This document shows positions 39,750 to 52,815 of a stretch of 59,795 nucleotides of DNA, one piece after another; position 1 is the first letter of the stretch, and every line of letters begins with the position of its first letter. This DNA comes from Ruditapes philippinarum (lineage: Eukaryota): the NCBI RefSeq assembly GCF_026571515.1, contig NW_026859932.1, positions 186,001-245,795 of the forward strand. Direction: 5' to 3'. The position numbers and the translations under genes were made by a program. The notes below the pieces were generated by a model. The model was not told the DNA's origin. It ran no database searches and worked only from the letters and a program-made list of their open reading frames with translations.

Positions 39750-42700
39750 AAACAAAGTACGAAGTGTTATTTAAAAAATGAAATAAAGACTGTGTTGAAA
39801 AGTTCTGGATTAATCTTTATTGTGAAAAAAAATGTGAAAAACCATTTAGCAACTTCTCGGGGTGGTGATAAAAATATACTACGAAGTTGTTTTCTTTTAT
39901 AATTGATTCTATTTTTCACAAACTTGAGTTTGATTCTTTCTTCTCACGCAATATTGTGTGCCATTAATATGGAAATATGGAAAGCCTTTGAGAATATTAA
40001 CTCTCTCTTATTGAATTAAATTGGAGTAAATTATTGTCTGTTCATGTAAAATAAAACGGAGATCAATTGCGGGATGTAAAATGCATTGCAAATGTTAAAA
40101 GGCAGGGAGACAAACAGTTCATTGTAAACAGTTCAATCGTTACAATGTTATTACAAGAATTATAACAAAAATGTTAGCAAATTATGCCTCAAAAATGCAT
40201 ATTTTTTAATTCTTTAGAAATGTCAAACGTGTTTCATAATGTTTGAATAATGGTTAAAGAACATGTAAGATGTTTTAAAACTCTGGAAGGTAACGTGCAG
40301 TAATATGTCGTAATGGTAGCAAAATGTAATTAAAGTAGTATTTTGAGGTCCATACAAAATACTGATTCACTATAATTATATCTATTGCCAACAGAACAAA
40401 ATAGCAGGAGAGTATTATAAGTACTATTTTTGAAAACTAATAAGATACCAAAAATTAAAAAAGATTTTTAAAAAATAAATAGAATATCATTTCAGAGGCA
40501 TAATGGGCCTTCAATACTAATTTTATGTTTTAAAAACAGGTCATGTCAAACAAATTGTAGATAGATTAGAAATATATCAAATTTATTGAAAATAACTTAT
40601 GTTATTATGTTAACATATCTTGCAAGCTTTTTTACTTATGAAGAAGTTTAATACGATACTTTTTATGAGTGTGTATGTAAGTCATAAATAATATAAAAAA
40701 AATGCTTCATTTAAATTATTAAAATTATTTCTTCTTAAACTTAGCGGTAAAGACTTAAATATTGGCAAGCAAACAAAACAAAAATATTAAATATAGCATT
40801 CAAAATTAATTCAACCTTTTCACTAGGGGTTTAATGTCCGAGTATGGTCGTAAACTTCAAACCATTTGCCGTTCATCATTGTCCTGTAGTTGTATGACGG
40901 GCAGTATCGAAAATTATACCACGTGTGCCAAACATGTAAGAAATATTAAGAGGGATATTTAAACATACTTTTACAGTTAACTTATGAGTGGAGGGATTGT
41001 CCATAAGAAAGGAATCACCTGATACGGTAATGGCTTTGTGCATATCAAATGTTATTACAGTATAACTGTATACTATACTATCTTTTCACACATTATTCTT
41101 ATATAATGAATGGATGATACAAATATTAAATGTTTTTATTGATTTAAGAAAATTTTGAAATAAACTGTTTATGATCCATTTTTCGTTGTTGTTTTAATGT
41201 TGTTTCTTTTAACACGTTGAGTCTTCTCTTTCTGAATGCATTCAAGGCTTATATACTCAAGGTGCTGTTTTATGTATTCATATTTTTACTAGCAAAAAAA
41301 CTAGTACCACGTTAGACAAAGAAGTTATTTTGTAAGCTAAAGTGACGTGCCGCCCTATTTACGAAACTCGATAATATGACAAAATCTATAAGGAAACACT
41401 TCAATCATTTGTTTAAAATCTTCACATGCTGATAGCCTATTTGAGTTGGAATCAAAAGTGCTGGTAAAAACTTTTAAACTAATGCAGTTGTCAGTTTAAA
41501 TTTCCTATAGCAAGATAATCGACGCTGCATGGGCAAATATTAAATTGGACATGACAAACTATCACAATGGGATTTCTCTTGAGAAGTATTGTTTTAAAAC
41601 GCGTCAATAGGACTAGAAATGTTTATAACATTAAAGGAACTTAAAATCCATAAAATATGATATATATAATGTATTAATTCTTTTGACGCATTGTTGTAGA
41701 ATTAATATGCTTAATAAAGATAAATGTACTGGTTGTTTTTACGTTTATCTATAAACCTCCCTTGCGTATTTTTTGTAGATGGCATGGCTCAAGATTATGA
41801 CTTAAATCAGGCTTGCAACATTTATGCGGCCTTCCTCGATTGACTATATGTTACGGTCAATATATATTAAAGATTAAAGTGGATAGCTCTGCAATTATTA
41901 GTTTTAAAAACACATGAGAGCGGTAAAAGACATATGAATTTTGATAAAATTCTTCAATGGAAAAGTGTCAGAACAAGGTCTCCTGTTTTGCAATATATTG
42001 ATTTTTCGACCGACCAATATGATTTTAGGCGGATAATCAATTGATCCACAAATCAAATAAAATTAGTATGAAATATAATATAATTGTATTATTATATAAT
42101 TATTTAACTAAGTGTTTAAACTGGATGAGTTCGTAAAGAAACATAAATCGAGAGAGCTTAAAATTGTGTAATTGAAATCAGAATGTCTAAGAAAACAAAG
42201 TTATTATCCGATTGTATTCTTTTAAACGATTGTATTCTTTTAAAGGATGCTTTACCAAATGTTAGTGTTTCTGTTATGAATATTTGTTAATATTTCGAGT
42301 TTTGTTTTCCATTTCTTTCAATTTATAAAATAATAATATATCTTGATAATTGAAAGTCTTATTTCTGCACTGAATGTGGCCGATTATATATATTCATTTG
42401 GTGATCCTAAAGAATTCCGTCCGATAACAACATTATGTGATACGGTGAATATAAATATTTGCTCATACAAAGTAATGTTATTAAGTGTATCTAAATATTT
42501 ACTTGTCCCTAGAGATTGATAAGTTAGGTGTCTTTGCTCGATTGGATTTGGTGTTTATATGCTCTTTTAAATTTACATTATGTTAGATGCTATTCTGAAA
42601 AGTGTCAAGAAATAACAAACGAAAAAGGAAGGTTTACTCCTATTAAAGTCTTTAACGTCGCATTTAGTAGAAGAAAATAAATGAGAACAAGATCAACAAG

Positions 42701-45387
42701 GAAAAGGAAACATGACATTTAATAGACGTTTTATGTACATAATATTATTTGGCGCAAACGTGGCGAGTTAACATTCAATTTGTGTCCTGACAAAGTATAA
42801 TGTCCGTTACTTTTATTTAATTGTTTTTTTTTCAAAAATAACATATCTTATACTTAAAAGAAACAAATGTGTGGTTTGATAACAACAACTCATCAAATCC
42901 AAGAGCTACTTATTGCTAACTAGAGCATTTACAATACAACTCGTTTGGTTCAGGAAGTTAAAATTAGCCACAAATCCAATAAAAATCTAAATTGTTAGTT
43001 GAAAAATATTTCAAAACAGGAATTGGTTCTTCCTTATTGCAAAAATAACTTAGCCGTTAGCTTTAAAAACAAGCAGTTATTTTCTTTGAAATAAAGATTA
43101 GTAAAAAGTCGTTTGTCTTAACTTGTTAAAAGGATGTATTCTATTCTAGCATTTATCGATAAATACTAAGATATATAGTGAGCATTATATTATGATTTTA
43201 GATAAGGTTTTTCATTGACAATCCATATTCAATTTAAACGGAGTTTATATTTTAAAACGATCACCTTATTTGATGTATTAAATCGTGCCTTCTTTTATTC
43301 CCATCTTTTATAGTTTGCTCAGATCACTTTTCCTGAAATATTTTATGATTTATGCTCCTATACAAGCTTGAGTTAACGCTAGTACTTTTCAAATAAGGAA
43401 CTAATTTAGACTCAGAATTGTTTTATGATAAAGTTTCCTAAATAAATGTTGTTATAATTATATAGATGATTGAAAAGATAAGTTTACAAGGTGATCATGG
43501 CCGTGAAACAATTGAATCGTCTACATCAAAGGAACCATAATTTATTCTGGTGTTATTTCAGGAGTTCCATCAAAGTTGTGACAAGCACAAAGACATTTTG
43601 GTCCAAAAAATTCATATGGATTTACCACGTATTATTCTAGAATTGAAATAAGAACGTGATAAATTTAAATTGCATGTGTGTAGAAATTGTAAGAACTCAG
43701 AACGGTAATAAAATTTACTACATTTATGTTAAAAAACTGCTGTTCGGTTCTTTCTATAAACGGGATTATTATACTATTGTGTGCCATCAATATTGCAATA
43801 TGAGGTCTTCGAGGATGTTTATTTCCTTCTATTAAATTACACTGAAGTAAACTATTGTCTCTTCACGTGAAATAAAAGGAGATCAATAACGGGTGAAAAA
43901 TACATTCGAAATGCTAAAAGCAAATATAAACAAGTAAATTGTAATTACAGCAAGATTTGAAAAAGAAATTATATGACTAAATTTGTGATTTATAATCATT
44001 TTATACAAACGAGAGAAAGCTTAAAACAATTTAAAAGATATTACATTTAAAGTGAATTGATTCATAATGGAAGGTATGCAAAACCATAAAAAAATATTTT
44101 GATAGTATTTAGTACAATATATCCGAACACACCGCAACATAATTCAATACGGATTGATATTTATAAGTATCCGATATTATATCGTTATATATAACCTTTA
44201 ATAAAGTGTTCCAGAACAAAACATAATTATTCATCATATAAATGTTCATACTATTATTACTTAGAATTATATCAACATTTTTCTCTGAAGTATCATAATG
44301 ATTCATTTGTATGTGCCCATTGTAGAAAATCCACTATATCTAAAAGAATTCTGATATAAAATTTTGAAAGGTATTTTTTGCTTTTTCATGTTGCTTTCCG
44401 AAAAATACTTATCTAACAATAATGTTAGTCATAGATAAAACAAATTATTTGCTAAACTTGGACTAAGACTTGTGAGCAAGTAAACAAAAGATAGAAATAA
44501 CATAACGGAATCACAATAATTCAAAAAGATCTCTTGTTTGGACAATATTTAATCATAACTATGTAAAATTGAAATCAATTTATAATTGACATTTACTACA
44601 AATGAAGCTGTTAGCTCAGTTATGTCCTAATGTCTTATGTTTCTAAAATATTTTAGGTAATTAATTTGATAATTTGTCTCTCAATTTTCCATTCACTTTA
44701 AAATCCCCACATTAATTTATAAAATACAAACTGGTATTGGGTACATTTGTGTGTATCATATAAAATTAAACAAAGTCATAGTTTCTTAAAGGGGCTTTGA
44801 TACAGTTTTATGTCAGTTAAAATCCTGTAAAACATCATATAAAAGATCAGAATTATCATATAAAAGATCAGGAACACACGCTCTGCCTTAACATACAAAC
44901 CACAATGCAACAGAATAATGACTTAACCAAGCAATCTCTACTTTACAAATTTGGGAAATATTCCAAAATCATTATCATGGATAAAATTACTTCTATTTTG
45001 AAGTATCCAGGAAACAAAGGATTGAACAACAATATATCACAGATTACTCTGCTATTCTCAGAAAACTGTTTCTCAGTAATTGCTTTATACCAGAACTAAT
45101 TTCTTGGAAAATAATATTTTTACCAAACACCCGTTTTTGCTCTAGAAGTTTTTGTTGAATTTAGATTAACTTTCGTCTTTATTTATGATACTTTGATTAT
45201 TTAGTTATGCACCTTACTCAATGGACGATAATTGTTCTATTAAAATAACACTGTAAGCAGGTTGTATAAAAAATTTGTACAAAGTCAAACTCGCTTATTT
45301 AAATGGTACCCAGTAAAGTTGAATAAACTTAAATCTTGTTCATTAAAATGAGAATTTTGATACTAAATAGTATTATCTAAAATATGA

Positions 45388-45546
45388 AAAACAAAATCAC
45401 CAAAGAAGGGCGGCGTTAATGAACGCAACCCCACACGATCCAGCAAAAAAGGACCACCGGCAAAGAGCCCAGCAGGTTCCCCGAGAAAAAAACAGGTCAG
45501 GGCACAAGGCAAAGTACGGACGTGTGGTTACTTTGATAATGTATAA
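45388..45546 (+). pseudogene. GC-rich island with an open frame for a basic SPKK/SPRK peptide (H1-tail/protamine-like), possible gene or relic
   Basis: Translates as KTKSPKKGGVNERNPTRSSKKGPPAKSPAGSPRKKQVRAQGKVRTCGYFDNV*. The ATG at 45,384 is out of frame by one base within an A5 run. A noisy duplicate lies at ~57,645-57,795. Confidence 0.3.
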
Positions 45547-46182
45547 GAGGAAATAATTAGAAACCGACAAGGAAATTAAAGATAAATTAATATACATGTT
45601 TTTTAAATAAATTTGATGTTTAAAAATAATTATGGTGAAAATGCCACAATACGCAGCATGTGGTTCGTTTATTTTCAATAATGCTCACCGTTGAAAGCAA
45701 GCTTATGTTGTTAAGAATAATTTGATCGCCCAATCAATAACATTTTATTTCATGCATTATTATCTGCAGATAAACAAAGACGCATTTCAAGCCCGAGCCC
45801 GTAGGGAAAGGAATTTAATAAGGCCGGGGGTTTCAGCAGATATTATGAGCATAAAGTATATTGCTATTCTTCGAAAAGTATTATATCAATACCACAAGAA
45901 ACGTTACCAGATTCAACATGCTCGGTCATTTCTAAACATTTTGATATTGTAATTACTAAGATTATATTTGCTTATTGTTTTCAACCCAACACAAGTATTT
46001 ATCTTATCAACTCTTGAAACTATTTTAAACATATATTTATTTAAATACATTTGCTTAAGATCGTGTCAATAAATGAGAATATTTAACGTAAAGTAATTTC
46101 GGATGAAGCTCAAACCGTACTTGGTTTTTTTTGTTTTTGTTTTTGCAAATGACATAAAAATAGGATTAATAAACATTTTAAA

Positions 46183-46446
46183 GTTTGTTTGTTTGCTTGA
46201 TTGGGTTTAATGTCGCACCGACACTGTATAGGTCATATGGCGACGTTCAAGCTTTACTAGTAAAAAAATACTTCAGGTGCCCTTTCGTGCATTATTTTAC
46301 CTGGGTAGAACCACCGACGTTCCGTAACCTAGCTGGATAGCTTCCTCACATGAAAGAATCCAAAGTCTCTGTCGAGATTCGAATCCATAGCGGTGAGGGG
46401 CAAATGGTTTGAAGTCAACGACCATAACCACTCGGCCACGAACGCC
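46183..46446 (-). mobile_element. tRNA-derived Meta-type SINE, near full length
   Basis: The reverse complement reads TGGCCGAGTGG (A box), GATTCGAATC (B-like), GGTGGTTCTACCCAGGT...GTCGCCATATGACCTATA..TGTCGGTGCGAC.TTAAACCC and an (AAAC)n tail. Confidence 0.85.
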
Positions 46447-46854
46447 TGTATATAATACAATATATACCATTCATTATACTAACTTATTTTGTAATTTGGT
46501 TCTACAACAGATAACATAATCCTATTTTCATTTGTTATTATTATTATTATGATACTTAATATTGAGAGACACAGAAAATCCCAAATAGAACCTTTTTAGT
46601 CTTGGCACTTCGCAATATCAATATAAATATCAGTTAAAGACGTTCCTTTCTTGTACTCGATCATCTTAATTGGCAAAATCTCTCTTTTAAACACTTGCAA
46701 TTTATCATTGTAGCTTTCTTTTACACACAGTATTGAAAATAATGCTTAATCGTATGCTATAAAAAGAAAAGAAATATTAAGAATGATACCTTTACATTCT
46801 TTGACAATAAACTACTGAGAAGAGGTATTTTCAATAAATAATTAGTCGCTTCTG

Positions 46855-47016
46855 TAAATGACGTTTTTGCACATATAAAGGGTATTCATTTTTTTATTTC
46901 TATAAATACAGGCAGTATTTTCATAGACTGGTATGAAAATACATATTTCATGAGTGACGTTTTCATTTGCAGTAGTACCTTTAGTTCCAATTCATCAATT
47001 TGCAGTAACAGTAAGT
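46855..47016 (+). promoter_or_regulatory. Candidate Pol II promoter and first exon ending at a GTAAGT donor
   Basis: TATAAATA at 46,901-46,908, TGACGT at ~46,859 and ~46,955, GTAAGT at 47,011-47,016. The donor is retained in the duplicate (ACG/GTAAGT at ~59,283). Confidence 0.25.
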
Positions 47017-47858
47017 GTCATATAAAGTCCCGAAACAAAATATTTTGCTCATACCATTCTCTTTACCAATCCCTCGTTATTTATTATCGCTTTGTGATAT
47101 TCTGACACATTGCATTCGAATAAGATTCTTGTTTTTATGCTAATTAGAAAAGAAAATAGTGAGATTCATATGTATTTATTGAAGACAAGACAAATTTCTC
47201 GGGATGATCTTCAAAAGCTTTTAGCTTTTAGTGACAATATAGCATTTGACATAACAAATCATGCGAGTTACAGAAAAGGGTCTGGTTTGTTATTATGTGC
47301 TTCCTCTACTGGCGAGGTCAATTTGACAGAAACAAAATCATTTGGCACAATAACCTTAATAGTGCACACAATAATTTGAGTCATATAAAGAGACATAAAA
47401 GTAATAGAGGTTAAACACCTTGCACTAATGTCTGGACACACATCTGTGTTGCTTCTCAAAATCAACAATTTCTATTCATACCTACTTGAGCTATTTGGAT
47501 TGCATAATGCTGTAAGCAAAACTTTGACATTTTTATTTTCGTGACGATATATCCATACAACACTTTCGTCACAGAATCGTCCTCAAATATGTAGTCATAT
47601 GATAGTGGCAAAATCGATTATCTCTCCAAAAAGTACCAAAGAATCGATGTGACTAGTCGTAACATCCTTTCAGTGTTACCTTTTTTTGTAACATGCGTAT
47701 GGTTTTGTTTTGAACCTATTCATATATTCATATTATCTTATGAGAAAAATAATGCAACACCACAAAGTTCATTACTCAATGACTTAGCAGGTGTCAAGCG
47801 CCGTGTGACAGCTGTAAACAGTTAACCCGTACTTGTTATATTTTTCTTGTACTTCCAG

Positions 47859-47962
47859 ATCATTGATTCCAGCACGTTTAAGTTTCTAAGTTGAAAATTG
47901 AGTACCGCTCAAACTGAAGCAAGGGGGCAAGAGAGATGCTGCACATCTTCATCAACCCTCAC
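47859..47962 (+). other. Candidate internal exon (non-coding or 5' UTR)
   Basis: TTTTTCTTGTACTTCCAG acceptor, GTAAGA donor and locally higher GC. There are stops in all three frames before the ATG at 47,936. Confidence 0.35.
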
Positions 47963-48196
47963 GTAAGACTTAATCAATCAGAGTATGCACTTTTCATGTA
48001 ATTTTGTTGTGATTAATGCTTCCGAGGGATCACTTTTGTCCAGATCTTTATTTTTTTAAAACTGACCATGAACTTAATCCGTTCAAACAGTTTTGTTTAA
48101 TGCAATGCAAGTCATTAGCTGCTTAGCCTTTAAACTTAAATGAGCCTTTTCAATCCGGATTACACATTTCATTTTTAAACATTACTCTAAAATTAG

Positions 48197-48251
48197 AACC
48201 GACTGAAAGTGCAGACAATGATCAGACGGCAAGCAGCAGGTGTACGCCAAA
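48197..48251 (+). other. Candidate 55-nt exon
   Basis: Weak acceptor (CTCTAAAATTAG), GTAAGA donor, GC-enriched relative to its flanks. Confidence 0.25.
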
Positions 48252-49729
48252 GTAAGATTTTTACTGATTTTTTATGTTATCTAAGATTTCCTCCATTCAA
48301 GATGTCCGTTATCTGAATTTTGTGTAATATGACGTGATTTCTGTTACGAAGGCGCTGGACGAAAATACACGTTACAATGTTAAGGGGCTAAATGACATGT
48401 GATAAGTGTTGAAACGTCCATGTGGTTCTTTGAGCAAAAGTAAAAGGAAAATACAATAAAAATTGAATCAAAATGGAGAGAAAGTCCCAGATTATTTTAG
48501 AAGAAAATGTTTAACGGGCGTTTCATAGACGATTATTATGTTTGCGGAATGGTAAAATAGTTTCCAGTTCCAACAGACCACTGTTACCGTGAAGATTCAC
48601 AATAAAGATGTACCAAAGTGCGAAATTCCGCTCCGGAATTTTTTCTTTGTTTGAAGAATAAAATAAACAAGTAAAAAATTTCATTTACATGGGAATATCC
48701 CATTTATACTCTGCATGGTAATATTCCAACCAAAATAATCTGTTTTCAAAATAATTTTGACTTCCATTAATATAAATTGGCTTTTTCTCAAGTATTCAAA
48801 CATTGTTAAGCATACAGCTCTTCAAATAAAATATTTACAGAAATAAATACCATCAGACATGTTTGAAGTTTTTTGAAAATCAATTTTGATAAGAAACACA
48901 CACAAAAAAAATTGTTTTAAATTGAATGCATGTAAAGGCTGCAGTGTCTTTCATTTCGGAAATGTATATGAAAAATCGATATAATACATGTAAAAGACGT
49001 TGATTTGCTGTTCTTGTTAAAAACAATTACATTATAATTGCCATGTTCTTATAGTTTGTAACTTGTTTTATCGTATTATTGACATTTATTGTATTTGCAA
49101 TGTATCTATGTTCGTTTTTAGTTGATTACATAAAATGACAAAATAAAGCTTAGAAGAACAAAACAAAATATGCTTGCCATGGAATACTAGTAATGCCTGT
49201 AAGAGCAACAAAGAAAAATAATAAAAAAAACCAAATGAGTGTCCGAATTCTGTCAACTTCTGCTTTTTACTAGTCAAATTGTTTAATTTCTCTTTTGCAG
49301 TAACAAGACGGCCACGTTAAAATTCATTTAATGCATTTAGTTTTTATGGTTAAAAATCAGCACAATACCTTTGACAAATGAAATATGTTTATAATATGTA
49401 TTGTTTGTCTATAAGCTGGGTGATTGCCTAGTAGCAAGAATGTATGTATCACACATAAACATTATTAATACGCGTCAAACTCTGGTTAAAAACAAAACGT
49501 CAGATCAAAACAAACTTAAAATATTTTATAATAGACAAAATTACTTTTCATTCATTTTATGTGAAATCACACAAAAGCATTAACAGCAAATTTGTATCAA
49601 TCACTTGTTGCGAAATAATTACTATCACAAGTCATTAAAACACCGATGTCATCAGATGACAAAATCTGAAAATCACGTTTTAAGCACAGAACACCCGCTT
49701 TGTTTGTTTGTCTGTTGTAAATAAACTAT

Positions 49730-49858
49730 CTGTGTTATGTGATATCTGATATCTGGAGTCAGGGCACATTACATTGACAGATGTATCATTTAAAAGGTTT
49801 CCATCAGCACGGTCTATACAAGCTCAATTATGCTATCAGTGTGCCCTGACAGATAACA
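49730..49858. mobile_element. Small MITE-like element
   Basis: Perfect 11-bp inverted repeat GTCAGGGCACA (49,758-49,768) / TGTGCCCTGAC (49,840-49,850), with a TATCTG/CAGATA extension. Confidence 0.5.
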
Positions 49859-50054
49859 AAGAATAATACATTACGCTATCGATTTTGTTATCTTAACTTT
49901 ATTACAACTGTCTAAAATGCTTGTAAAAATTATTTGTTTGGCAAAGATAGAAGAAAATGTCATTTTCAAAAACACCAAATCAAATATGACGTTTATTATT
50001 TAAAAAAAAAAACATTTTTAAATATTTCAAATGTATTTAAAGGGGAAAAATATG

Positions 50055-50155
50055 TATGTTTGTTTGTTTGTTTGTTTGTTTTACGCCATTTTAAATACAT
50101 TTGGGTCACATTTTCACGTCTCGTTGGTCAAAACAGCTAATCGGATTTCCTGGAA
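50055..50155 (-). mobile_element. Decayed V-type SINE tail
   Basis: (GTTT)n followed by TTTTACGCCATTTT..., similar to 33,105-33,190. Confidence 0.45.
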
Positions 50156-51269
50156 ATCTAACAAGTAATCACCAATTGACTTATAACTTAACACTCATTA
50201 ATCATAGAACTCTATACCAGATGCATTGTCAACAACATAATTTTCATTTAATACAAAAATACAGAATTGCTATCGATAAAATTTCTGCATGAATGTAAAT
50301 AATATTATAACAAAAAATGACTGTCTTAATAAAAGACCAAAACAACTGAAAATATGTTCAATTACATTGGTTATTGTCATTTCATTGATTTTTTTTTAAA
50401 AAGTTGTCACTTAAATTAGTATAAATATAATGAAACACCGGTATGATTGATTCGTATTTGCACACAATTGACGAACTAACAGATAATTTTCTACTATTTC
50501 ACAGGATCGAAATCAGTTCACTTAAGGATTAATAATTACGTAATTTGACATGAATTCATTTTCTAATTTAAGTAAAATGATTGTACACTTTACATGTTTA
50601 TGTATTTATATCAAATGTTATTATTAATTTTTCAAAGGTCAGTGTCGTTTAGTTTGTTGCATTATTTTCTTGAATTTATTTATCAGTAACTTATGAAATA
50701 TATCGCTAAATACATTACCTTGTATTTTTATTTCAATTTTCTAATTACACTTAAACCACATATAAGAATAGATTAATATAATAATTTTAAACAAAGCATT
50801 AATTCCTGTATGAACCACGTGCTTGTAGACCCTACTACCTCATTAGCGGGAACAATTAAGTATATATTAAGTGCATTTTGATTTTATAGTCGTTCAAAAC
50901 CTATTAAATAGTCTGGAATAAACGTTTTTAAATTCTTATGTTTCCGGCCTGAAATTGATAGAATTAGCAGTAAAAACCGTTCTTGTAGATATTGTTTTTA
51001 ATTATAACCGGAATTAAGAGATTGAAAGCGATTCAGTGCAATACCGCCGCAATATATCTTCTAAGCTTTTTAATACGGATTAATGTATTTCCATCATACA
51101 CATGTTATATACATTATATAATGAAATAGAGTATAAATACTAAGAATTACATGTCCATATATTGATAATTGATATAAGCATCACGTGAGATGTACTAGCT
51201 ACTGTTTGATCAAGATTTTATTGGCATGCTCTCGTTCATAACAATAAGACAATGTATATTTACAATAAG

Positions 51270-51535
51270 CCCCTTGTGGCTGATGGATTGCCTTTACGGA
51301 ATGAGGCATCTGAACTGCCACCGTTTAACCCTATATTATCGTAAGAGGCGACAAGATGGGTTCGATTTATTGGACACTATGCATCTTGCATCTCGTAGCT
51401 CCAGCAGGTGAGGTGGTTTTAACCCCTGGTGTTCCTTAAAAATGTTACACCCTAGGTTATCCAAAATAATATTTTCTGTGTCGGCGCCATATGACCTTAA
51501 CTGTGTTGGAGCGCCGTGAAACCAAACAAAACAAA
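51270..51535 (+). mobile_element. Degenerate SINE with Meta-type 3' end
   Basis: GGTTCGAT at ~51,359 and ...CGCCATATGACCTTAACTGTGTTGGAGCGCCGTGAAACCAAACAAAACAAA at the 3' end. Confidence 0.6.
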
Positions 51536-52724
51536 TGTAGTGAGAACAGTGAGAAATGAGCTATTTTGGCGTCTAAATGATTATTTTAACAGTGAAAAAT
51601 CCTGATATCGTTATAGTGCTGTTATATTTTTCTTGTCATTCGGGATCATTGATTGTAGCACATAAGTGTTGTAGATTAAGTCGGTGCTATGGGGGCGTGA
51701 GAAAGATTGCTTCATTTAGACACAGTAATATTAACAGCACATGTAGTTATGCAGAGCTACCGTTGTTTCATTGTACCACATAAAATTATTGAAAATGCTT
51801 CAAACAATATTTAAAGCAAAAGAATATAACTATCCGGACAATTTACATGTTAGAGTTCTTGTTTTCCTATGAACTATTGTCGGACTGTTGTTATGTAAAT
51901 ACAACGTGCTGTGAGAAATGAAGAGAATATCTAATCAATACAAGTTTTTATTTCAAGATTTGTTGTCATAATGGCGCCATTTAGATAAGGCAATTTGCAA
52001 TATCGATATAAATGTCAGTTTAAGACGCTATTTTGTTATCCTACAAGAATATGATTCACCATGAAATACGTTATGTTTCCCTGGTGAACGCTCATAATTG
52101 AATGTGTTCTGGTACAATGTATCGGCAATAAATCTTGTTAATTGTCGTACGTATGTAAATGAAGCACAATAAAATGTCGGAGATAGTTGGCAATTCTTTA
52201 CGAATGCAATATTCTTAGAGCAAGGAAACTTCGTTAATATTTTGTTATAAGCAGAACCTATGCAATGTTAATAGTATCCACTACTCTTTAACTATTTTCA
52301 ATATAAAGTGGACCATTAAGATACTTGAGAGGTTAGAAAATGTATGCAAATATGTTAGACACCAAAAGAACGTTATCCTTTGAAAAGTTAAAAAGTCAAG
52401 GTAGGAAACAGAGATATAGTTCATTTACGTAGTGTTCATTTGTTTTTGACTTTAAAAAAAAAGGTCAAAGTCAAAAAAAATTGTAGAAAAATTAGTTTTA
52501 ATAAAAAAAAAAATTATTTAAAATAATTTGCCCTTTTTATGTTAAAAATATCTGCAACTTTTTTTAATTTATAAAAAAGTTTAAAAGGGGTGGATGTTAG
52601 TCAAAAAAGCCCTTTTTAAAATTTGCGGTAAAACTTAAATAAAAGGGAACCCAAAAAAAACCAAAAAAAACAGGAATTTTAAAAAAAAGCATTTTAAATT
52701 AAAAACAAACCTTTTTTACTAGGG

Positions 52725-52815
52725 GGGGAATGCCGGGGTATGGTGTTCACTTTAAAACCCCTTTCCCCTCACCGCTATGGGTTTGAAACCCGCAGGGAGT
52801 GGGTTTTTTTTTGCA
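52725..52815 (+). mobile_element. Meta-type SINE head fragment (shorter remnant at ~40,826-40,870)
   Basis: ...CCCCTCACCGCTATGGGTTTGAAACC... matches the head of the SINE at 46,183-46,446. Confidence 0.5.

Larger units (their letters stand above)
1..44000 (+). repeat. Ancient tandem array of diverged ~3-4.5 kb non-coding units with ordered blocks A-B-C/D-E-F (one further copy at ~53,100-56,300)
   Basis: Block A anchor (CATGCTGATAACCTAT-like) at ~3364, 11557, 24896, 27325, 30595, 37352, 41425, 53687. Block B anchor (GTTCTGAATATAAAT..GAAAGAA..TATTCCCATGAAGG-like) at ~3959, 12152, 25938, 27936, 31696, 38188, 42593, 54839. Block F anchor (AAATAAAACGGAGATCAATT-like) at ~1131, 5580, 9378, 21110, 29522, 34264, 40054, 43871, 56125. 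Order and strand are the same in each copy. Confidence 0.9.

Noticed and set aside
45397-45678. Minus-strand 93-aa ORF (and 57,635-57,940)
   Set aside because: It is the antisense shadow of the GC-rich island plus AT-rich flank, and has no recognisable family.
48625-48643. Small hairpins (AAATTCCG-CTC-CGGAATTT; also ~47,541-47,572)
   Set aside because: Stems of 7-8 bp are expected by chance and have no supporting context.
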